From contig CAYTED010000007.1 of assembly GCA_964436855.1 (NCBI GenBank), positions 16,779 through 80,778 on the forward strand: 64,000 nt of DNA, read 5' to 3'. Source of the DNA: an uncultured Bdellovibrionales bacterium (lineage in GTDB: Bacteria; Patescibacteriota; Minisyncoccia; Moranbacterales; UBA1568). Numbering within the stretch: the stretch's first letter is position 1; the number at the start of each line of letters is the position of its first letter. Of the stretch, positions 57,131 to 64,000 are shown piece by piece. The notes under the pieces were generated by a model. The model searched no databases, was not told the DNA's origin, and saw nothing but the letters and a program-made list of their open reading frames with translations. A program made the position numbers and the translations under genes.

Positions 57131-59299
57131 ATGAAATCCTATTCGCAATTTACACTGACCGGTGTCGTCCAAGGAGTCGGTTTTCGTCCGTATATTTGTC
57201 ATGCTTGCACACAGGCAGGTCTGACCGGATATGTCCAAAATATCGGAACGGGCGTCATCGTGGTTGTCGATCAAGAAAACATTTTTCGAAACATTCTCGA
57301 TCATCTTCCGAAGCATATTCGCATCGATACGATTCGCACGGAGCCCATCTCCGGTGAGTATCACGACTTCTCCATCCGTGAGAGCTCCGGAACAGGCTTT
57401 GCAGAAATCCCCCCTGACCTTTTTCTCTGCGATCAATGTCAGGCCGAGCTTTCTGATGCAAACAATCGTCGACACGGATATTTTTTTCTTACCTGCACCG
57501 AGTGTGGGCCGCGCTATACGATTACTTCATCCACCCCCTATGATCGCGAGACGACGACCATGCGAGCATTCCCCTTGTGTGAAGCATGTCGCTCCGAATA
57601 TACGCGTCCGGATAACCGCCGTTTCCACGCGCAAACAATCGCTTGCCATGATTGCGGACCGACGCTTAGTTTGTTTGTCGATCAGGTGCTCGCATCTCTT
57701 TCTTCGGATGAGGCGAAGATTGCGGTCGTTGCCGATGCGCTTGAAAAGGGAATTATCGTCTCCGTAAAAGGCATCGGCGGATTTCATCTTCTTTGTGATG
57801 CCACCGAAAAAAATATTCGCGCTCTCGACACTTTTACCAAAAGAGCCGGGAAACCCTATGCTCTCCTCTGCCAAGATCTCGTCATGGCACGCTCGATCGC
57901 CGATATCACCGAAAAAGAAGCGGAAATACTCACTTCGCCCGCCCGCCCCATTGTCCTCTGTAAGAAAAAAAAATCCGCCCCGCCGGTAAGCGAGCTTGAT
58001 ACGATCGGCATTATGCTCTCCTATACCGCGCTTCACGAGCTGCTCTTCCAAAAATTTCCCCGACCACTCGTCTGCACATCGTCCAATCGATCCGATGCTC
58101 CACTTTCGTATGAAAGAAAAAATGAAACTGCTCGAGTCATCCTCGATCACGATCGAGAGATTTGCCATCCGATTGACGACTCAATCGTCAAAGTGATTCA
58201 CGAAACGCCGCTTTTTATCCGGAGAAGTCGCGGATACGTCCCCCGATCTATTCCGGTCAACCTTCCTGCATCGAAGCCTATCCTCGCCCTCGGCGCAGAA
58301 ATGAATCATACCTTCGCGCTTTTTGACGGACGAGATCACATCATTCTTTCGCCACATCTCGGCAATACTTCCGATCCTGATAGTTTCACGCGATTCACCG
58401 ACACTCTGGAAAGCTTTCTCGCATTTACCGGTATTCAACCCGAGACTATCGTGATCGATGCACACCCGGGATACCGAACGTCGGAGTATGGTGTCGAACT
58501 CGCCGACCAATGGAATATTCCCCTCAAAAAAATCCAACATCATCGAGCACACGCCTTCGGTGTCGCGCTCGAGCACGGACTCAAGGATTTTTCTGCTATT
58601 GTCTGCGACGGTCTCGGATTTGGAGATGACGGAACGATTTGGGGAGGAGAAGTATTTGAAAACGCCCAACGTATCGGACACCTTGAAGCACATCCGCAGC
58701 TCGGAGGAGACAGCGCCACACGATTTCCCGACAAAATGCTCTATTCCTTCCTCCGATCATTTTTACCTTCTGATCAAGCGGCTTCATTTGTCCAGAATCA
58801 ATTTTCACAAAACGCACTCTCGCTTCTTGAAAAACAGTATCAAGAAAAATTTCACGCGCCACTGACTTCGAGCTGTGGGCGCGTGCTCGATGCCGCCGCA
58901 GCACTTCTTGGACTCTGCCACGAACGAACCTATGATGGACGCCCGGCTATGCTCCTTGAAGCACACTCGACCGAGCCATACTCTCTTCAACCTGTTTTCA
59001 AAGGCAATATTCTTCTCACTGCGCCCCTCTTTGCCTTCCTCATAGAGCACCTCAACGACGATCGTTCCCGACTCGCCGCAACGGTCGAGCACTATCTCGC
59101 GGAAGGACTGTATACGATCGCCGAGCAAACAAAAAAGCCCGTTGTCTGGGCTGGAGGATGTGCGTATAACCGTCTGATGACAACCTATTTTCTCGAGCGT
59201 GGCGTGCTCGTCAACAAAGAAGTTCCATCCGGAGACGGCGGGATCAGCTTCGGTCAAATCGCAGCATTACTAGCAGATGCGGGGCACGATATTGCCTGA
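57131..59299 (+). CDS. hypF: Carbamoyltransferase HypF
   Basis: GVVQGVGFRP, two CxxC-x18-CxxC fingers, KGIGGFHL, RRSRGY, QHH.AH, GDGGISFGQ. Confidence 0.97.
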   Translation: MKSYSQFTLTGVVQGVGFRPYICHACTQAGLTGYVQNIGTGVIVVVDQENIFRNILDHLPKHIRIDTIRTEPISGEYHDFSIRESSGTGFAEIPPDLFLCDQCQAELSDANNRRHGYFFLTCTECGPRYTITSSTPYDRETTTMRAFPLCEACRSEYTRPDNRRFHAQTIACHDCGPTLSLFVDQVLASLSSDEAKIAVVADALEKGIIVSVKGIGGFHLLCDATEKNIRALDTFTKRAGKPYALLCQDLVMARSIADITEKEAEILTSPARPIVLCKKKKSAPPVSELDTIGIMLSYTALHELLFQKFPRPLVCTSSNRSDAPLSYERKNETARVILDHDREICHPIDDSIVKVIHETPLFIRRSRGYVPRSIPVNLPASKPILALGAEMNHTFALFDGRDHIILSPHLGNTSDPDSFTRFTDTLESFLAFTGIQPETIVIDAHPGYRTSEYGVELADQWNIPLKKIQHHRAHAFGVALEHGLKDFSAIVCDGLGFGDDGTIWGGEVFENAQRIGHLEAHPQLGGDSATRFPDKMLYSFLRSFLPSDQAASFVQNQFSQNALSLLEKQYQEKFHAPLTSSCGRVLDAAAALLGLCHERTYDGRPAMLLEAHSTEPYSLQPVFKGNILLTAPLFAFLIEHLNDDRSRLAATVEHYLAEGLYTIAEQTKKPVVWAGGCAYNRLMTTYFLERGVLVNKEVPSGDGGISFGQIAALLADAGHDIA

Positions 59300-60301
59300 T
59301 GGCGTCGACAGGATTTTTTTTCCATATTCGGTTTGGACGATGACGCCCGAACCTTCGACGATAGTCCCGATAGACGCCGCCTTCTCGTGAAACTTTTTCA
59401 AAGAAGAGAGCACTTCATCTCCATGCTCCGGCGCGACGATCGCCACAAATCGCCCCTCGCAAGCAAGGCTATACACATCGATCCCGAGGATTTCCGTGAG
59501 CGCACGAACTTCTTCTTCGAGAGGGAGTTTCATCTCGTCAATTTCCATTCCTATCGAATTTTTTTCGGCGAGCTCATTTGCAATCGCGGCGAGTCCACCT
59601 CGCGTAATGTCTTTGCACTGCTTCACCCACGGAGCGATGGCTGCGAGTTCTTCGTGAAGCGGTTTGCTATCGGTTTCAAGCGCTGTTTCGAGCTCAAATC
59701 GCTTGGCGAGAAGTGCTGCACCATGCTCGCCAATTCCTCCCGAGACAATAATATGGTCTCCCGGGACAATGGTTTTCTCGAAAATATGTTTCGAGAGACC
59801 GATACCACTGGTTGTAATAATCAGTTTGTCGACACTGCCGCGCTCGACTACTTTGGTATCGCCCGTAACAATCGGAATGCCCGTTTCTTTGGAAAGCGCT
59901 CCGATCGTCTCTACAATTTTTTCAAACTCTTCCTTTGCTAATCCTTCTTCGAGAACAAAAGAAAGCGAGAGACCGATCGGCGTCGCGCCCATCACCGAAA
60001 GATCATTCACCGTTCCACAAAACGCAATCTTTCCGATATTTCCACCCGGGAAAAAAATCGGTGTTACGACATAGGCGTCCGTCGTAAACACCAATTGCTC
60101 TCCGTTTGAAAGCGCATAACTTGCGGCATCGTCTTCGGTATGCGACCATTTTTCCGATGATGGGAAATGTTCCCGAAAGGAGTCAATGAGCTTTTGCATT
60201 TCGCGTCCGCCGCTTCCTTCGCTCAATTTGATCGTATTCATTTCTCGCTCCACCGGCACCGGACATTCGCCGGTCAGGCAGTCGGCTTTTTCATCTTTCA
60301 T
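59270..60301 (-). CDS. hypE: Hydrogenase maturation protein HypE
   Basis: GTVNDL, TGDTKVV, DITRGG, C-terminal PRIC. Confidence 0.96.
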   Translation of the reverse strand: MKDEKADCLTGECPVPVEREMNTIKLSEGSGGREMQKLIDSFREHFPSSEKWSHTEDDAASYALSNGEQLVFTTDAYVVTPIFFPGGNIGKIAFCGTVNDLSVMGATPIGLSLSFVLEEGLAKEEFEKIVETIGALSKETGIPIVTGDTKVVERGSVDKLIITTSGIGLSKHIFEKTIVPGDHIIVSGGIGEHGAALLAKRFELETALETDSKPLHEELAAIAPWVKQCKDITRGGLAAIANELAEKNSIGMEIDEMKLPLEEEVRALTEILGIDVYSLACEGRFVAIVAPEHGDEVLSSLKKFHEKAASIGTIVEGSGVIVQTEYGKKILSTPSGNIVPRIC

Positions 60302-60304
60302 AAT

Positions 60305-61327
60305 TTATTCCGTTTCCGCTAAACTTTTTCCGTATTTATACGCGATCGCGCACGCGCCCTCCGATTCGCTCACCATGCAGGCGCCCTGCGGATTTTGCGG
60401 CGTACATACCACTCCAAAAAGCGGGCAATCCTTCGGCTCCACCAGCCCGCGAACAATTTCTCCACAACGACATTGCGGATTTTCCTTGCTCTCAATATTT
60501 TTGAAAAGATCCGCATAAATCAATCGCGCGTCGAGCGACTCATCTCGTGGCACCAAACCGGAAAGCGGGATGGTACCGATCCCTCGCCACTCCGCATCGG
60601 CGGGTTTGAGGGTTTGCTCGATAAGCGATTGTGCGATCGTATTTCCTTTGGGGAAAACTACTTCGGGATAATCATTGATAATTTTTACTTCTTTTTTCTT
60701 GATCATTTGTAATAGTAAAAGAATCGCATGCAACAACTGATCCGGCTTGAACCCAGAAATTACCTGCGGCAAGGGAATATCCATCTTTCCCCAAATGTCG
60801 CTTCCGATAATGGTCGAGACATGTCCGGGATCGATAAACCCGTCGAGTCGCATTTCGCTCGTGAGTACCCGCATTGCCGGCGGCATAACTTTGTGTGCGC
60901 AAAATACTTTGATACCGGCAGCGAGTAACTTCGCTGTCATTGGAGTGGTCGTTTCAAAACCAACCGCAAAAAAAACGCGATCCTTTTCGTCAATAATCTG
61001 ATCGATCGAATACACCATTCGCACGTCAGCGCCACGATTGACCGCATCGGCGAGACTCATTTTGGTCCCCGGAACATTGATCATGTCACCATACGTCGCA
61101 ACCGGAACGCCCGAGAGGGCGAGCTCGACCATGGAGTCGATATCCCGCTGTGATGTGACACACACCGGACACCCTGGGCCGGAGATCAGCTTGATATTTT
61201 TTGGCAACACTTCCCGCAATCCGTAGCGCATCACGGTATTGGTATGACCGCCGCACACTTCCATAAGCCGTACCTCCCCCATATCCCGCGCAACCAACTC
61301 TATTTCTTCGAGTAAGGCGTGTTTCAT
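60305..61327 (-). CDS. hypD: Hydrogenase maturation protein HypD
   Basis: MEVCGGHT, GPGCPVC, GFETT, PGHVS, GACMVS. Confidence 0.97.
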   Translation of the reverse strand: MKHALLEEIELVARDMGEVRLMEVCGGHTNTVMRYGLREVLPKNIKLISGPGCPVCVTSQRDIDSMVELALSGVPVATYGDMINVPGTKMSLADAVNRGADVRMVYSIDQIIDEKDRVFFAVGFETTTPMTAKLLAAGIKVFCAHKVMPPAMRVLTSEMRLDGFIDPGHVSTIIGSDIWGKMDIPLPQVISGFKPDQLLHAILLLLQMIKKKEVKIINDYPEVVFPKGNTIAQSLIEQTLKPADAEWRGIGTIPLSGLVPRDESLDARLIYADLFKNIESKENPQCRCGEIVRGLVEPKDCPLFGVVCTPQNPQGACMVSESEGACAIAYKYGKSLAETE

Positions 61328-61578
61328 ACCGATGACTTCAATTCGTTTATTTCTCGATCGAGCGCTTCTTTGTCCATTTTTGCGAGGAGGTGATAGGTCT
61401 CATAGGCTGACTTTTCATCGACCTTTTGAATGGCAAATCCCACGTGCACGAGCACCCACTCGCCGATACGAGCATCCGCAAGGAACGACAAATCGACTTG
61501 ACGCTTCACTCCGCCAAAGTTGACCACTGCTTTTTTGTCTTCAATGGAGACGATTTTTCCGGGAAGCGCGAGACACAT
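61324..61578 (-). CDS. hypC: Hydrogenase chaperone HypC
   Basis: MCLALP start, LVHVGFAI. Confidence 0.96.
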   Translation of the reverse strand: MCLALPGKIVSIEDKKAVVNFGGVKRQVDLSFLADARIGEWVLVHVGFAIQKVDEKSAYETYHLLAKMDKEALDREINELKSSV

Positions 61579-61642
61579 AGATGATTCATCCTATCAGGAC
61601 TTCTGACATCAAACAAGAAAAGGGGTTTTCCGAGTCTTTGTA

Positions 61643-62152
61643 CTATTCTTCGTCCGGAATAAAATAGAGTACCACGCCGTTTATACAGTATCGAAGTCCC
61701 GTCGGTTTGGGTCCATCAGGGAAAACGTGTCCCAAGTGTCCGCCGGAAGGAGAAGCAATAGCGGTTCTTTCCATACCAAAAAGTGAGGTGTCTTGTTTTT
61801 CTTGTACCGCATCCGGCGTGATCGGCTTGGTAAAACTCGGCCACCCCGTCCCCGAATCAAATTTGTCTTCGGAGCGAAAAACCGGCGTTTTGGTATCAAC
61901 CGCGTAGTAAGTCCCTTTTCTTTTTTCGTGCAAAAGATCGCTTGTAAACGGACGCTCGGTCCCGTCTCGATAGAGAATGTCTTCCTGCAAAGCAGATAGT
62001 CCGTTTTCAGATTTTTTGGATGATTGTTCGGCGGGCGGAGAAGACTGATTTTTCCAAAAGAAAAAACTTGCGCCGAGAAGTACGATCGGAAGTGTAAGAA
62101 GTAGGGAAAAATTTTTCATGGAGCGTATATTCATTGTGGAAAAGTCCTTCAT
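61643..62152 (-). CDS. msrB: Peptide-methionine (R)-S-oxide reductase with N-terminal membrane anchor
   Basis: KFDSGTGWPSF, HLGHVFPDGP, RYCING; no zinc cysteines. Confidence 0.92.
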   Translation of the reverse strand: MKDFSTMNIRSMKNFSLLLTLPIVLLGASFFFWKNQSSPPAEQSSKKSENGLSALQEDILYRDGTERPFTSDLLHEKRKGTYYAVDTKTPVFRSEDKFDSGTGWPSFTKPITPDAVQEKQDTSLFGMERTAIASPSGGHLGHVFPDGPKPTGLRYCINGVVLYFIPDEE

Positions 62153-62157
62153 ATCTG

Positions 62158-62610
62158 TTAGGCGAAAAAATTTGCAATCACTGCGATCACCAGAACCGTA
62201 ACGAGATTGACCAAGTTATCCGAAGCAAATTTCTTCCACACGATACTTCGATCGACATTGCTCCAGAGAATATTTGTCCCGACGATCGGCACCATGAAGC
62301 ACAGCCAGTTGAAGACGACAAAACCGAAAGCCATTGATGCTGGCACGCCATTGCGAACACTCATAATAATCACGGTCGTTACGGCAAAGGAAGTGAGGAG
62401 CGACAATGCCATCTGCCCCGCATACAGCTTCGGCATCATGGACTTTCCTTCTTCCATTTTTCTTTTTCGCTCCTCTTCTGAGAGCTTGTCCATTCCAAGA
62501 TATTTGAGATGAATCTTCCCCATTGGCGTCGACGGAGCGTACCAGAGCGTACCGATCACTGCCGAGATCACCACTCCAAGAAGGGAAACTAAAATAAATG
62601 TCCCGATCAT
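62158..62610 (-). CDS. DUF1761-like membrane protein
   Basis: IGTLWY.P..MG motif and four TM helices. Confidence 0.7.
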   Translation of the reverse strand: MIGTFILVSLLGVVISAVIGTLWYAPSTPMGKIHLKYLGMDKLSEEERKRKMEEGKSMMPKLYAGQMALSLLTSFAVTTVIIMSVRNGVPASMAFGFVVFNWLCFMVPIVGTNILWSNVDRSIVWKKFASDNLVNLVTVLVIAVIANFFA

Positions 62611-62929
62611 ACTATTTTTCTATTACCTTTTAGTTCTTTTATTATACACCTCCGCTCCATAGAGCTGATTAGAACCTGTTTGATGGGAAGATACGCTTAC
62701 CCCACCCCTTGAAAAACTATTTCTTCTCTCGTTTTCTTGAAGGATTCCTCGATTGGATAGACTAGTGGGGACGAAAATGATTTCCCTCCCGACAATTGGC
62801 GCAATTTCGGAAAAGTCCACCTACCCCCAAAGTGCCGGTTCCCCGACAAACTTATCATCATTTCTCCCTAGTTGTTTCACAGAGAGCAGAGATCTCAGGA
62901 AATAGTCGGACAACTTAGCCACTATAACT

Positions 62930-63298
62930 TTACCTCCTATTTCTTTTTTTCTTTTTCATATGCAAGTCCTTGCAATATGACTCCGTATTCCCATCCTGTT
63001 GACATTTGAGAACCCTCTTCTCTCTTTTAGAAAGTTTTGGTGATGAAACCGAATACCCCCAGGGATAGTATGAGAAGTAGTCACCATAAGTACCCGTTCC
63101 CACTGTTCCTGTATAGGGATTCACATTACCTTTATAGCTCCAATTGTCATACACTGAATTATTGGGATTGCTTCTATAATGCGGGGATACATAAGTGCCA
63201 TTACTTCGATAATGTCCCTTTACATAAACCGAAGCACTTGCCCCCAATGGAAGCACGAGGATGGCAACCATCAGACAACTCGCTATTATCCTAACCAT
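62930..63298 (-). CDS. Secreted hypothetical protein
   Basis: Signal peptide ASA, then VKGHYRSNGTYVSPHYRS.PN...DNWS..GNVNPYTG..G, a widespread uncharacterised motif. Confidence 0.75.
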   Translation of the reverse strand: MVRIIASCLMVAILVLPLGASASVYVKGHYRSNGTYVSPHYRSNPNNSVYDNWSYKGNVNPYTGTVGTGTYGDYFSYYPWGYSVSSPKLSKREKRVLKCQQDGNTESYCKDLHMKKKKRNRR

Positions 63299-63310
63299 AA
63301 GGAATGTTGA

Positions 63311-63694
63311 TTAATAGTAATAGTCGTCGTCATAATAACCACCCCCCTGCATTGCTTCCACATAACTTTGGCATCCTTCGATAAATGAATCGGAGTTGCC
63401 ACCACAACCATCCATATCTTCAATTCCGTGCATTTCTGCCCATTCATACCCTGCCTCATGTCCAGAACAGTCATCTGAGCACCCATACCCATTGAACGTG
63501 GGATATGCCTCCGGTTCATCCTCTTGAAAATATCCCGTATTCAAAGAAGGTAATGGTTTTTGTGCGGGTATAGCCGTCTCCCGAGATCCCGATTCCAACG
63601 GCTGAGACTGGTTATATCCCGGGCTAGAATCCCCCTCATCAAATGCCAAGACAAGCAGTGAGCCCAGAGCAATTATTAGAAGCCACTTTCCCAT
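63311..63694 (-). CDS. Secreted or membrane-anchored hypothetical protein
   Basis: N-terminal hydrophobic segment; C..DCSGHEAGY.WA...C...S.SFIEGC. Confidence 0.75.
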   Translation of the reverse strand: MGKWLLIIALGSLLVLAFDEGDSSPGYNQSQPLESGSRETAIPAQKPLPSLNTGYFQEDEPEAYPTFNGYGCSDDCSGHEAGYEWAEMHGIEDMDGCGGNSDSFIEGCQSYVEAMQGGGYYDDDYYY

Positions 63695-63757
63695 ATAATT
63701 TATCTGCTATCGGAATCCAACCCAACACCCGCATTATCAAACGGCAGGATGAGGGCG

Positions 63758-64000
63758 TCATTTTTTCAGCACCTCAATCCGTTCTATATCGACGGTAGGA
63801 GCACATTTTCCACCAAACAAAGTAACTGAGTATCCGTCATCGATACTCACCCACTTCCCGGTTATCTTCACAATCGTTTCCTCACTAATTAGTCCGGCGT
63901 CCAGCATCTCTATAATCATCTTCTCGTTACCAACAGGATATCCGGAGAAGCGCGGGTACTTCTCGTCTTTTCCTGTTTTAGTGAAATGCGCTCCATAGCA
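63758..64000 (-). CDS. Hypothetical protein, C-terminal part (runs off the window edge)
   Basis: Open frame from the edge to TGA at 63758: ...VKITGKWVSIDDGYSVTLFGGKCAPTVDIERIEVLKK. Confidence 0.5.
   Translation of the reverse strand, partial: CYGAHFTKTGKDEKYPRFSGYPVGNEKMIIEMLDAGLISEETIVKITGKWVSIDDGYSVTLFGGKCAPTVDIERIEVLKK

Noticed and set aside
1-64000. Many antisense or shadow ORFs in the six-frame track; alternative genetic code
   Set aside because: Shadow ORFs overlap well-supported genes. Conserved genes are intact under code 11 and some end in TGA, so code 25 is not indicated.

Overview
Bacterial chromosomal segment read with genetic code 11 (TGA acts as stop, e.g. the ATGA overlap at 8286-8289). 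Gene content and style (LytR_C paralogs, WxL-like loci, pilin clusters, group 3b-like hydrogenase) suggest Patescibacteria/CPR, probably Parcubacteria; this is inference. In order: a partial P1B ATPase, typA, and a class III ribonucleotide reductase locus whose glycyl-radical motif sits on a separate 87-aa protein; a csoR-copA copper operon; a ten-gene acyl/amine biosynthetic cluster (ACP, PPTase, acyltransferase, FeeM-like N-acyltransferase, two SGNH hydrolases, ThiF, nitroreductase, homospermidine synthase, membrane hydrolase); a two-subunit NiFe hydrogenase with its protease, with hypCDEF about 33 kb away; a ~12 kb locus where tatA/tatC lie among phage tail-fibre-like proteins lacking signal peptides, a twin-arginine protein and four LytR_C paralogs; a WxL-like surface cluster with a 921-bp direct repeat; a type IV pilus/T2SS operon headed by a two-component system; and a DipZ/thioredoxin/MsrB redox module. 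No rRNA, tRNA, CRISPR array, transposase or integrase was recognised. The best candidates for new biology are the Tat plus tail-fibre locus, the oxazolone-like acyl cluster and the split NrdD.
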